Shown one piece after another: positions 41,151-53,918 of a stretch of 64,000 bases of DNA (the stretch's first letter is position 1; the number at the start of each line of letters is the position of its first letter). The position numbers were made by a program, and so were the translations under genes. This stretch comes from Lingula anatina (taxonomy: Eukaryota; Animalia; Brachiopoda), in the NCBI GenBank assembly GCA_051362555.1, contig CM120644.1, positions 18,684,534 to 18,748,533 on the forward strand. Direction: 5' to 3'. Below the pieces are notes generated by a model. It was not told the DNA's origin. It saw only the letters and a list, made by a program, of their open reading frames with translations, and did not search any database.

Positions 41151-43429
41151 TTAAATTGTTTCACCATTACCCCTTGACATAAAAACAGTGACTTTCGAAA
41201 CTTGTTTTCTTTTTCATTATTGTTATTATTTACTTAGCCTGCTATTCAGAAAACTCACTGACATCAAATGAAATACAGATAAATGACATTTGTCTGCTTT
41301 TCGAAAAAATGATAAAACGTTATTATTTGTGTTATTAAAAAATGACATGTAAAGACAAATTTGCAATATTTGCATCTATAGCATCAAATAATTTAAGGTT
41401 ACCTCTCAGGTCTGATGAAGCGCGTAAGTGAGCTCCTAGTGAGTTATAATAGTTACAGCCAATCCTTTTGTTTTTATTTCTTTTTCTGTCTTTTTCTTAT
41501 ATTAAGTAAAATATTTTTAAAATGTACAAATGCCTCAAGTAGATAATTCAAAAGCAGTGTAATTAATGGCCTGGGATTGGGGGGGGGGGGGGAGGGTCGA
41601 GAGACCCGTCAGGGGAAAATCGTCCTAGAATCAGTTTCCCGTTATCCGGTGTACAGTATTTCAATGGATCTTCATAACTAAAAGTGCCCAAGAATGTGAT
41701 ATATGTGGCCTCCATCTGAGCCTTCAACCACGGTATGTTTTACCAATGAAACTTTCAAGAATATTGGTCCTGGCGCAGAAAAAAAAGACAAAGAAAGAAG
41801 CGTTAAGAAGTAACCCCGAAAGATTGAACATGTTTCGGAACAATTGCCACGAAATGATAAAACAATCTGTTTAAGTGTCACAATGTTAAAAAAAAAACAA
41901 AAATAGATAACAAGTAAAACATAGCAGGCAACAAATCTGAGTTGCTTCAATACACACAAAACATCTCTTCATATACATGTATATCATTTAGAATTAAAAT
42001 ATTTGAATATTATTATATTTACTTATGCCCCTGTATGGCAGTGTCTTTATCTTATAAAAATTAAGATGTTACTTCGATAATTGTTTATTTGTTATTACAT
42101 ATCAGATTTCGCGAAATAACAGTACTTTTGACATTACTTGCCAAATTTCATGAACTTTTATATCTTTGTATTTCTTATAATCTGGAGCGCATACACATTT
42201 TATTTGCACTACTTATTATGAAAACAATCGGAGAGACGATATTCTCTCCATGTTTAGGCACCCATCCATATACGTGTTAATACGATCCAGAATACATATA
42301 ACCGATATAATTCTCAACGCGAGGGGTGCACGTGCACTTCGAGAGCCTGTCAAAATGTTTAAATATTTGTTCTTGCCACCACGACTAAGGTAGTAGCTAA
42401 TTAAGACTCCTGTGTATAAGGCGCAGCGTTCTCGATATCATAAGCTAATAAATCTTCTGAACATCTCACGGGTGTCTGGTCTTTGTACAGACCTTAGTTA
42501 ATGAACGTTTCTTTTCCTCAATGAGTGAGGTATATAGGTATTTGTTTCAACAGTGGGAACAGGGTTTGAGTATCAGTATAGTAGATTCTGTGTGTAAACG
42601 AGAATAGGCCTAGCTACAATTGTTTTTATTATTTCTAAGATGTCGCAATAAAAGACAGCTGTTAGATTAATGCAAATTTTGGTTATATTGACGACAATGC
42701 CCTTCAAATGACCTACAAATGTATATTACAGCTGTTTCAGAATCTCTTAGATATTGCGTAACCATATTGGCCTGCGACGAGGGCAACCATACGGATGACT
42801 GGTATTCAGTTCACTTCATAATATTTATGCTTAATACATACGGAAAGGAAAAGGTACAAGTATTAGTGCTTGTTTTCTACCATCTGGGATTTGTATCTGT
42901 TTATTCTTCAATCAATCTCGTCTCTCTGGGATACATACAAAACCAAAAAATAACATGCGTTTCTCGGATTTTTATTTCTATTACCAAATGTAGTCGATCT
43001 GGTCATAGCTGTAAATCTGCGAGATCCCACCATGGCATAAAAATTAATCGAAGGTGATGCAAGCTACCGAAATGATATATACAATACACTTTATTTAAGG
43101 TCACAGTAAAGGTAAAAAAAACTAAGGCGTTTCATAGAAATCACCTTAACATGCCTCCATTAAGCACACACACAAAACAGAAACCAGACACATAACCCCG
43201 AGGAAACCCTGGAGTTTCCAAGCCTTTCAAGGTAAACTGAAGAGCAGAGATCTGGAAAGGTTGTACATTAGTTGAGTAAACATTTGTTTTGTCCTTTTCT
43301 GTGTATTCACGAACTAGCAGCGGGATATCGTATGACATTTCTGTGAAATTTTCCAGCAGACAGGTCGATGCCTGTCACCCTGTGTTGCATGCATGTGTGT
43401 TCCAGAGACCATGAGAGACTTGTCATTCT

Positions 43430-43917
43430 TGAGGGGGGGGTCACACTGCCTCTGGCGTTCCAGTGATTTGATTCCAATAACCTCTCAAGCAGTGAAAAAG
43501 CAATTATGAGAGTAAGGGTTTTAGGAAACGTCTATTGTTGACTGAAATGGTTTAAAGAGAAAATCGAAGCTGATGTTGCAGAGAGACCAATTCTGCCTCT
43601 TTTGCATTGTGGGTCCTTGTGACAAAGATAATGGTACGTGCAGCTTCGGACCCTCTGTTTTTGTAGCTTCGGACCCTCTGAGGGGGGGGGGGGGTCACAC
43701 TGCCTCTGGCGTTCCAGTGATTTGATTCCAATAACCTCTCAAGCAGTGAAAAAGCAATTATGAGAGTAAGGGTTTTAGGAAACGTCTATTGTTGACTGAA
43801 ATGGTTTAAAGAGAAAATCGAAGCTGGCGTTGCAGAGAGACCAATTCTGCCTCGTTTGCATTGTGGGTCCTTGTGACAAAGATAATGGTACGTGCAGCTT
43901 CGGACCCTCTGTTTTTG
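43430..43917. repeat. Near-identical tandem duplication of about 240 bp in GPCR intron 1
   Basis: G-run-TCACACTGCCTCTGGCG...CTTCGGACCCTCTGTTTTTG occurs twice. Confidence 0.9.
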
Positions 43918-44772
43918 CACACATTTAGACAAAAATAATGTATGAACATTAACCAAATCAAACTTTTGAAAAGCGCATTTTCCTTCATACGTCGTTCGAA
44001 AACAAAACGCGTTTCCGGACCGCTAAAGTCAATTTCATTAAGCAAGGGATAATACCCCACGCAAGAACGCCTCACATTTCATCTGTGAATGCTGAAGATA
44101 AAATAAACATAATTCCATAAGCCTTCGGTTACCAGGATAGCTGTAAGTTCGTGCCCACGGATATCCACTCAATTAAGTAAATATTTTACCACTTTACAAC
44201 ACCGGTGCTTAAAATCTCGAGTGTCTTTTGCCATAAACCTGTAATGCGTAGGGCACTTGATGTCGTGATTACGTCAGAACAATATGCTCATCAATTCCAG
44301 AGTAGATTACACGTTTTTTCAATGAGCAAAAAAGGAATAATGATGAGAAAGAAAGAAAGAAAGAAAGAAAAAGATAAAATGAATAGAGGCTACGTTATTA
44401 TCAGTAGAAAAACTTGCAACGAAAACTGCATCTGGCGGTTCAAATCTGCACTGGAAAAATGCCTTTTTTTATTCGAAAAACAAGTAGTATTTATATGACA
44501 AATCTAAAGTACAAAACAATCAGTAAATATTAAAATGATGTGCATAATAGAACAAAGCCAAAGACGTACAATTTAATTTCTTTTACATTTTACATAAATT
44601 TTACATTAAAGAAACCTTGGATTTTTTACTTTTAATTACTGTTTAATACAATTTAGTATAGCTGTGATTTATATAATATATATATCTTAACCATTTTTAT
44701 CTATAAACTTCTTTGTATTTTATGTTGTACAGTCTATTGAACATTTTATGGATTTTAGACTCGAAATAAATA

Positions 44773-44803
<31 letters not shown>

Positions 44804-44907
44804 TCACTATTTCTTATCTTTTTGGTGATATCTATGTGCGTTGAGCTTCAATAATTGTACCGCACGCTTTTAGAACTTAACTATCACATTACAATTTTAT
44901 CTTGCAG

Positions 44908-45373
44908 CTGCTTGCCACACAAAGATCTGAGGCATACGTTTGCAGAGAACAAAGGTTCGGTTACTTTAACAGCACCGAATTTCACCAACATGCTTTCTAC
45001 TGGTGCCTGCTATACATCAATCAGCTTAGAATTCAAGACAATTACATTGACACTGTGAATGTGGGCATTGGACTAAACCACACCGTCGAATCAACAGATC
45101 TTTCTGACGACAACTTTTGGACAGACCTTTGTGGAAAACTGCACATACACCATTTCCCAAGATTTGGAAACGTAGACGAACTTTGCGATAGATGGCGCAG
45201 GTGTACGAAGCAAGCAATCGCGTGCTGTGACGAGCAAGGAAAACGGCACCAAACGCACGCGAAAAACCGTTGCCCAGCAACCTGGGATGGCTATGGCTGC
45301 TGGAATGAGGTGGAGGCGGGAAGCCGTGCCGAGATCTTCTGTCCTACCTTCGAGCCGGATTTCATTGCTTATA
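44908..45373 (+). CDS. Class B1 GPCR exon 2 (extended N-terminus and hormone-receptor domain)
   Basis: ttgcag acceptor; contains CPATWDGYGCW...IFCP of the HRM domain; GTATGT phase-1 donor. Confidence 0.9.
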
Positions 45374-45782
45374 GTATGTACCCGTAAGTTGTTTGTCTTA
45401 GATTATTCGGAGGAAAATTGGTTCTTTAGAATCATTTCGTAGGATCTTGGAGGCTTGTTAAATGGAGACGTTTATCAATTTATTATAATAAGGAATTAGT
45501 TTGTTTACATGCATGTATATCATGATCAGCGACATTCCTTTTAGAGAATGTAAGCTATTGACTTTCGCCAAATCCATACATTTTCTGTATTTGTCATTAG
45601 CATAGGGGATTATGTCTATATACGATGTAGCGTATTTTTTTGACTTAAAATATATTTTTTCTATCCTTTGTGTAAGGGGGGTATCTCTGACAATTTGCAA
45701 CAATAACAGATATATTCGTGTTGGTTATCAAGAGATGAAAAGATTTTAATTATATTTTTCATATTGAATGGTTTGTCCCCAG

Positions 45783-45892
45783 GTCGTGCAGTGCGGGAAT
45801 GCACGCACAGTGGCACGTGGTTCCGCAAGGAGAACAAGGAGTGGAACATCTCCTATGAGTGGACAGATTATCGGGATTGCACGGACAAGAAG
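45783..45892 (+). CDS. Class B1 GPCR exon 3 (RAVRECTHSGTWF...WTDYRDC)
   Basis: AG acceptor and GTGAGG donor with compatible phases; C-terminal half of the HRM domain. Confidence 0.92.
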
Positions 45893-46002
45893 GTGAGGAA
45901 GAGTTTGATTTGGGAGTAACACCGTGTATCGAGAGGGGTCGTGATGCACGGTACGCGCCTTGTTCTCAATGTTTTATTGTGGCCATTGCAAAGAAAAGGG
46001 TG

Positions 46003-46084
46003 CGCTGCGAGCAGGGTTCGAACCTGCGCGGGAAGATCCCATTGGATTTCAAGTCCAACGCCTTAACCACTCGGCCATCACAGC
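46003..46084 (-). tRNA. tRNA-Ser(TGA), intronic and antisense to the GPCR
   Basis: Identical to the 35486 copy except position 5 C>T, which gives a G-U wobble in the acceptor stem. A TTTT terminator follows on the minus strand. Confidence 0.96.
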
Positions 46085-46777
46085 TGCTGTTATTTATCTG
46101 AAGTCAATTAATGAATTTCAAATAAAAAACCCACTGTGAGAATAAGAATAAGAGAAACTGTATTCAGTAATAAGCTGACTTAAGTGTTATAAAGATGCTA
46201 TATTGATATCAAACAAAATACTCGCATACTTGGTGTACATGTACAATATGCTATAATTGCAATCAGCCGACAGCTATAGGCAATGATCTGGAAAGCGAAA
46301 AGAATAAAAAAGAATAAGAGAACAACATTCTCATAAGAAATATTTATTTAATGCCATTATAGCACGAGTTGCACTTAGTCAGCGAAAGACTCGATGAGCA
46401 AATGAAGCAAGAAACTCATTTTTCTTTGCAATTACGCTAATAGGTAGCTCTATTAAAGCAAATGGCTAAATCGTGTATGTTCAAATTCTTAACTGTATTA
46501 AGGAAGACTTGAAAAATTAGATTTTGGTAAACTCTATGATAACCATGAGGCAATTTCAGTTACATGTTTTCTTCATACTATTTCGGACCACGACGATGAA
46601 GGTAGAAACCCCAAAAATCATCAAGCAGATCGGAAATCTCATTCTCAGTGGAATTTCTTTTAATTTATTAGAACTGACGGTTTGGTTATACACACTTACG
46701 CACCATCGTGAGCTTCGTAATATTTTATTTCAACAAATTGTGTGACAACGATTTTCGATCATCCAGACTGCAGTGTG

Positions 46778-46825
<48 letters not shown>

Positions 46826-47382
46826 AGAAGAAAAAGAAGAAATCTCATTCAAATGCGTGTTAAAGCGCCTAACATAAAATTGGCAGTCGGTTTTCACATC
46901 TATACAACCCTTCCAGTGATATGTACCTGATAGGCAACAAACGTGCCCCTGGTCGTTTTAAGAAATTCCAACAAGTCCGCCATCTTTTACGGTATACTGG
47001 GTGCCATCTACTAACTGGGAGATGATCTGTTAGAAGTGTTCATTATCAACTAAGTTTGTTTCTCGTTGTGGATGGAGACCGCACACCATTTATAAATTAA
47101 GAACCATATATTTGAAAGGAAAGTTAATATAATATTTCAAAAATCGTATTTTACTTTTAATCAGAATATTTCATTCACAAAAATATTGCATTATTTAAAA
47201 TACAAACGAAGTCTAGTTGCGGTAGTAACAAGAGAACAGTAAGTTTCTGGCAAGAAAGCCATCATATCGTCAAAAATCTATATTACACCATCTAATGAAT
47301 GATGTAGTATGACACTAAGATAAGCCGTTACAACCCTACTGTAAATACGCCTAAGTAATAATAAATCTTTGTCTACTTGCAG

Positions 47383-47474
47383 GTTTACCTGATCAATGTG
47401 TACATATCGGTAGGATGTAACGCCCTCAGTATTATACTGTTGTTGCCAGCTGTGATGATATTTATGTCCGTCCC
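47383..47474 (+). CDS. Class B1 GPCR exon 4 (TM1, VYLINVYISVGCNALSIILLLPAVMIF)
   Basis: ttgcag acceptor and GTAAGT donor, phase 0 to 2; TM1 G-x3-S motif. Confidence 0.9.
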
Positions 47475-48053
47475 GTAAGTATACGTAGCAGTTTATAGTG
47501 TGCGAGTGGTCTGCCTCTAGCACTCCTGCGTGTATTATCTAAAATGTCTGTCTAGTTTATCGTTTTATTTATGTATATTTCCCTATTTGTTTGTCGAGTA
47601 TATTTACTGCGGTGCTGATTCTGAAAAATACAGGTCGAGTTTGGGTGAAAATTATTTAAATTGGCGATTCGGTTTGGCGTCGAGTGAAGTTAATTTTTTC
47701 TACATATTTCACGCCCTCACGAGTCACACATTGTTTAAAAGCTAAGGAGTTTTGACATCGATTGAGATCATCCTCACAATACTTTATAGTTAATCAGGCT
47801 GATCTCAATCTCGCCATCGGTAGCAAGATTCCAGTCGTGCGAAGTTTTCGTCTTTAGCAACCCCGCTCTGACCATAGCGCCCTGAAAACTTGACTAGGAG
47901 TGCTAGAGACAGATAACCGTGGATAACTGGGTTGCGACAGTTGGAACATGAGTTATTGTGTTGTAAATGTGAGAGGTGCAATTCTGGTATATACTGCTTT
48001 AGTTGTGATGAATGTGACAGTAATGAATGCCCCTAGAGAAATAGGTACGATAT

Positions 48054-48096
<43 letters not shown>

Positions 48097-48264
48097 GCAC
48101 CATGATTACACCGTTTGCTGTGTGTTAGATGCTGTTATTGTGACAGTAATTGATTCAGTTGATACTAAATGTTAAGTGTGTGCCATTATGTGGTTTGATA
48201 CCATTTTGTTAGATGTAAGGCTTACGACATTTAGAATTGTGTGAATGACAATGCCTTTCTGGAA

Positions 48265-48425
48265 AGACTCTGTGACGACCCGATATGTCTGATAGATCAG
48301 ATATGTCCGACAACATCTAGCTCTTTTTTGTCGGACGTATTTGGTCTGTCGGACACATCTGGCTTCTTTTTTTTTTTGTCGGACATATCTGGCCTGTCGG
48401 ACATATCGGGTCGTCACAGGAGTCT
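48265..48425. mobile_element. MITE in a GPCR intron
   Basis: TIR TGTGACGACCCGATATGTC / GACATATCGGGTCGTCACA; internal TGTCGGACATATC repeats. Confidence 0.7.
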
Positions 48426-48760
48426 CATATGTCAGTGAATTCAACATCGTGTTTGTTGTGACAAAAGTTGCTGTAAAATAACCTGTACAGCGAGTCTTTT
48501 TTTACGCTGAAAGCAACATTTTTGCTTTGAGTTGGCGATGTGCTACATAGACTCTGTTTGCTTATAAGCATGTGCATTCAGTGTTCAAATCTATAAATGT
48601 AAAATGCCTTTTTATATATAAATAAATCAACGCATATACGTGTACCACATTTCAATGGGTTTTCTGTACATATTGATGTTGTATATAAAGCTTGCTACTG
48701 CATGCCTTTAGAGCCGCCGTTATAATATGGGTACCTTGGTACGGATTGGCATCGTTTCAG

Positions 48761-48914
48761 AAGACTGCGGAAGGAGGAGCGTATTCGGGTCCACACCAAC
48801 TTCTTCGTGGCACTCCTGCTGTGTAGCACCGTGAACATATTGGTACAGATGCTCCTTACCCACGATTACCTGAGCAAGGAGAATAACTCTAATACTCGAA
48901 TGGAGGAAAATTCG
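48761..48914 (+). CDS. Class B1 GPCR exon 5 (ICL1-TM2, RLRKEERIRVHTNFFVA)
   Basis: tttcag acceptor and GTAGGT donor; R-x3-H-x-N TM2 signature. Confidence 0.92.
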
Positions 48915-49249
48915 GTAGGTGTTCTTTTTGATAATGTAGTATAGAATTGTTATTTTCATACATAATTGAATATGTTTAGATATATTTGATTTTGAAAATT
49001 GAAATTTTGAGGTCTGTGTTAGAAAGCCAAACGTATACGTGAACGAAAATGAGAATCGCGATGCAATGACAACTGAGTTTTATTTGATATTATATGAGTT
49101 TGAGAGGAAGGACAGGTGTCAAATACCCTACCAGAACTCTAAGCTTCTCAACACACACACACACACTGAGAAAGAGAGAGAGAGAGAGAGACGTATACAA
49201 TGATTTTGTCAGTTCACTGTCACGTATCAAATATCTGTTTATATTTTAG

Positions 49250-49400
49250 GTCGGCTGTCGCATTCTTTGGGCCGCGCAACTCTACTTCTCCAGCACCACT
49301 TTTGCCTGGATGTTCTGTGAAGGCTACTACCTCCACACGCTGATATCACACGCCCTGTCGCCGCATATCAACGTGCAGTGGCTTTACATAGGAGGCTGGG
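49250..49400 (+). CDS. Class B1 GPCR exon 6 (TM3, GCRIL...WMFCEGYYLH...GW)
   Basis: ttttag acceptor and GTAAGA donor; canonical WMxxEGxYLH motif. Confidence 0.95.
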
Positions 49401-49570
49401 GTAAGATCCCTTTTTCTGCTCTCGTGAACTGGCATTGTGGCAAGGAATGACGTTATACGGTACTTATAGTTTTGTCAAAGCTTTGAGCGTTCGTGAAATG
49501 GTAATCGTGATTATCAAAAGAATAAATGGAGAACGAGTTAATTCCCACTTTGACGTTGACACACACACTG

Positions 49571-49614
<44 letters not shown>

Positions 49615-49826
49615 ATATATATATAATCAGCCATATGGTTAAAAGCGTGTTTCAGTACGATGGCAACATACAGTATATGTAAGAGTATCTGGGCTTCGTA
49701 AATCTAATGGTCTGCTTTCGACCGCTGGCTCTAGTATTCCGTTGCCATACAGGAGAATAATGCATTCTATTGTCCAATATGTACGCAGTAACTTTGTTAA
49801 GTGGCAGAATTTATTGTATCTTCCAG

Positions 49827-49887
49827 TTGTTCCTGTGCTACCGACTCTTGCCTACTCCATAGTGCGTATCCTCATGAACAATGAACA
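49827..49887 (+). CDS. Class B1 GPCR exon 7 (TM4, VVPVLPTLAYSIVR)
   Basis: ttccag acceptor and GTAAGT donor; phases 1 and 2 match the neighbouring exons. Confidence 0.9.
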
Positions 49888-50154
49888 GTAAGTAGATCTA
49901 CCGGCCCCAGTAAAGTACCGAGCAATTATCTAAAAGAATTGGCCAATTTTTCTCCCTTTTTACTTATATTTATTATTATTATTATTATTATCAATTTTTT
50001 ATGCGCTTTAGTTGAAGAGGTGAACGTCGCCAATGCTACATAAAACTGATCTACATATGATCTACATATCGCTCGCTCTCTGTTTTTTGTCTGTTTAAAA
50101 AAAATATTAATCGACTCTTTTGTTCAGTCTTTTTCTCTGTTTGTGTTTCACTAG

Positions 50155-50221
50155 GTGCTGGGCTCTAAGCTATGGCATGACAAACTGGATTACCGATGCC
50201 CCAAACTTATTCTGCATAGTG
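50155..50221 (+). CDS. Class B1 GPCR exon 8 (ECL2-TM5, CWALSYGMTNWITDAPNLFCIV)
   Basis: ctag acceptor and GTAATT donor; CW and WIxxxP motifs. Confidence 0.92.
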
Positions 50222-50619
50222 GTAATTTATCAAAGTTTTAGCTGAGGAGAATAAGCTTTATAGCTTTTACGCTTGGTGTCAGATCCACGTTTGCCTAAAG
50301 GGTAAAACACACACACAAATACACACTTACATACACACGTGTGCGCGCGTGCACACACGCACACACACACACACACATTTAGGTTCATGTGTGCATTTTA
50401 ATAATGAATGAGTGAACAGATATCTATTTATAAAAAGCTAAGAGACAAAGGTCAGTTCCTGACTTTATTATTAGAACTTTCAATTGCAAAAGAACCAAAA
50501 AAATAGAATTATTCATTAAACGCGTATAAACGTAAGTGAACTCACGAGGACATCATAATTACATGTATCTCATTTAATTTCTAATTTTGCTGTTTATAAA
50601 AATTATCTTGTATTTCTAG

Positions 50620-50702
50620 GCAAACATATATTTCCTAGTCAGTATAGCGAGGTCAATAAAGCGACTGCGTGAACATCCACAAGAAGAGTCAGCAAGATCA
50701 AA
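50620..50702 (+). CDS. Class B1 GPCR exon 9 (TM5-ICL3, ANIYFLVSIARSIKRLR)
   Basis: ttctag acceptor and GTAAGA donor; N-x2-F-x3-I TM5 motif. Confidence 0.9.
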
Positions 50703-52218
50703 GTAAGATGATAGAATCCCAGTTTCACGTGATATGTCACGTGGTAGCAAGGTGTCGAGGTTATGTCGTCCCAAGTTGTGCTTTCTGGGTCAATGTTAAA
50801 CGAAGAATATTTGTGCGGGTGTACTTTCTTTGCACCAGGTCAATAGAAATAAAAATGTTATAAATTAACATGGCTGTATATATTTTCTACATGTGTGTCA
50901 TGCTTTTTACTGCCTTTCGGTTATATTGACCTCATATGCTATTGTTCTTAGTGGCTAATTGTTTCTATTCATCTTTTCTTACTCTCTGTTTGGCTTTCTC
51001 AACTGGGTAAGACCTTTTTTTCAAGGAATGTGGGTATCACTGTTGTTGCTTCATTTTATGGCAATGTGATAAGTTGCACAGTTGATGTATACATTGTTTT
51101 TGGGACACGGTCAGTGTTTTAGACATGGGTTCCTTTGATGGTTTGTCGACGTATAGCCTAGGCGTTTTACACACGTTTTGATTACACTAGTACATTGTCC
51201 ATGTTTGCTGTGCAAAAATGATTAAGCACAAATATGTTATTATGACTATATCCTAAGAAATTGGCTATGCTTGTATAGAATGATAATCATATATTTATGT
51301 TACCCGTCGACAATTGTCAATACCTCTAGCCTCAGCGTGTGTGTTTTGTGCACTGCGTATTTAAAACCGCCATTCCCCTTTTTAACTCCATCCTCCTATC
51401 CACCCATCCGCCTCGGGATGCACAGCCTAAAGACTGCAAATAAAACAAACAAATGAACGTCTTGATGTACAAAGTTTTTTCCTCTGCTCTCGGTACGCTT
51501 TTTATCTATTTCTAAATTACGACCCCCAATCCCTTGCAGAAATGGGCTAGACTAAAGCTGGAACTATTTTATAACCCCCATATTTGGTAAAACTTTGTGG
51601 AAATTGCAATTGTCGTCATAAGAGGTTGAAAATAGATTTAAAATGGATTTACTGTATGTAGAGCGCTTAAGAGAGAAATCAAAAGACCCTATAAGAGGCT
51701 GTGTACCAAACTTTTCTTAGACTTCGCCCCTGTTTTAATTCCCTAACAAAATGAAAAGTGTAAATAAGCACTTAACTCTAAGAAAGTATTATTTTTAGAT
51801 TATTATATTACATTCTTGCATTACATTTTTTTATAATTTTGGCTGGAAACTGTAGACTGACTTATAAAAGTAATGTAAACGATTTCACAGTAAAACTGTT
51901 GATTCAGTCTAATACATGTACTTGCTCGATTTGCCTGCAGTTTAGTAGACAATTTTTTATCGAAAAGGTAAGACAAATTCTCCGGCTTAAGCTTTTTTGT
52001 GAAACCGATGTGACAGACATGGTAGTCCTAGGAATTGAAGTTTGGGGTCTAACATTGTATTAATTGGGGTTACTACATGTATATGGGACGAATGCCACCT
52101 GCACATAGTAATAGGGAGCGGACTACGGCTCCTTGCGGACTACCATTCCTGTCACACCTGTTCCTGTGTAGAAGAGGTCACATCAGTCCCCACGCTCATG
52201 TATACACTGCACTTCCAG

Positions 52219-52354
52219 GCGTATATGCAGAGCAGTAGTGATACTGTTCCTACTGTTTGGCCTACAGTGGATCATACAGATCGCCAGATTACCGAAAGGA
52301 ACTCGTGGCGAAGCGGAATATAACGTATTCGCCACCACTGTCCGAAACTCGCAG
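52219..52354 (+). CDS. Class B1 GPCR exon 10 (TM6-TM7, RAVVILFLLFGLQW...NSQ)
   Basis: ttccag acceptor and GTTGGT donor; ends at the Q of the conserved QG motif. Confidence 0.9.
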
Positions 52355-52847
52355 GTTGGTTTGTGTGGTGTGTTTTTAAAGGGAAAATTGTGGCGTTTTA
52401 AAGCAAATTGGCGACGTTAGGAAATGGAGATCTTTAAGATGTGCAAAAAATGCAAACGGTGGCCTTTTTCTTTGAGTAATGTATTCTTTAAAAAGGTGTA
52501 CTTAGCCTGTAAAGTGACCGTTTTGTAATACTACCTATTAAGCATTCACTTTGTGTTCATGTTCACTAATACATGTATATTGCAGACCTGGATACAAAAT
52601 GAAACCGTGTATGTAACTTTTTTTCATTTATTTATTTATTTATTTATTTTTTATTGAACCCAATTTATTTAGTTACTAATCTGGTATCGAACTAACTTCC
52701 ATTTTTTTAATCTTGATCGAGAAACCTGACAAATTTTAGAAAATTTAGTTTCAGACCCCTCTGGGCGATTGTAGTTTAACAAATAAACTAGATGGACATT
52801 AAATGCCCACTTTTCTATTTTTTTATTTCTCCTAACTTTTATTTCAG

Positions 52848-53384
52848 GGCTTTCTCGTAGCTGTGATATTCTGCTTCTGTAACAGCGAAGTCCAGGCATC
52901 GGTTCGGGACTCCCAGTTCTGGAGAACTCTACGACGTCTGAGTCGCGAATCACGCCACAGCGTTCTGACTCAGATGTCAAATCTTTCCGGCAGGTCCAGC
53001 ACCACCGCCAGAGGGCAGTCCGTTAATTCCGAGACAGCACGAGACAATTCGTTACAATCCGAAGGACTCAAAGTAACCACGTACCGCCCTAGTCAAGATT
53101 CAAGCAAAAACCTCATTGGAAGCCGTAAAAAAGATTCTTCACACCTTTTATCCCCTGAAGGTACTAGCAAAAGCGAATCACAGCATTTTAAAACTGAAAA
53201 AGACATCGCCACACAATCCAGTAGACTGTTGCAAACACGACAGGGACTATATTCACCCGGGTCTCCAAGTCACCAAGACAACTATAAAAAACTTTCATCA
53301 GAAAACTCTAAAAAGGGTTATGTCGTGGTGGCAGCTACAGACTCTTACCCCGAAGAAATAAATGAGTATATTAGTCAAATATAA
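52848..53384 (+). CDS. Class B1 GPCR last exon (GFLVAVIFCFCNSEVQ, helix 8, Ser/Thr-rich C-tail); calcitonin/CGRP-receptor-like overall
   Basis: tttcag acceptor; QG-x3-A-x2-FCFxNxEV signature; TAA at 53382-53384. The full hand-spliced CDS is 1914 nt and in frame. Confidence 0.93.
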   Translation, partial: GFLVAVIFCFCNSEVQASVRDSQFWRTLRRLSRESRHSVLTQMSNLSGRSSTTARGQSVNSETARDNSLQSEGLKVTTYRPSQDSSKNLIGSRKKDSSHLLSPEGTSKSESQHFKTEKDIATQSSRLLQTRQGLYSPGSPSHQDNYKKLSSENSKKGYVVVAATDSYPEEINEYISQI

Positions 53385-53716
53385 GGTGATATTATATTAA
53401 AAATTGTATTTTACTTTTTTTTTTTTTTTTTTTTGCTGAGTTGAAACGATATGAAAACTAGGAAAGCACTCAAAGGGCGCAGACTTCCGCCAAGGACTTA
53501 TAAATTGTGGTAGTTGAGAGCACATTCATAGCACAACTTGTCAATGTCTATGGCTAAACATCTTTTTTTAAACTTTCTATGATTCATATTCACAATGAAA
53601 CTATTGTTCTAGGTAGATTGATCCAACTCCAGGGGTACTCTGGCTGATTGCTATCAGATAAACACCCACCTACAGTACTTGCATTGAGTAGAATACAGAA
53701 AATATTGTGATTGTAA

Positions 53717-53918
53717 CACCCCATTTCCATAGATTAGATCGACCTACTTTAGATCGACCTAACTCCCTGGGGTTCACGCTAAATAGCTGTCACGAAAGTT
53801 AATTACCCCCTTAAAGCTTGTAGTAGGCGGGACGGACATTTAAGTCGGATTATCTGAAAGTAATCTAGTGAGACTCCCCGCGGGGATAGATCGATCTAAA
53901 ACCTATGGGAACAGAGCC
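53717..53918 (+). mobile_element. MITE family A, copy 5 (just 3' of the GPCR stop)
   Basis: Near-identical to copy 1 with a small internal deletion; TAA TSD. Confidence 0.85.

Noticed and set aside
45374-45389. Alternative GPCR donor CC|GTAAGT at about 45384
   Set aside because: Phase 2 is incompatible with the next exon; GTATGT at 45374 keeps the frame.
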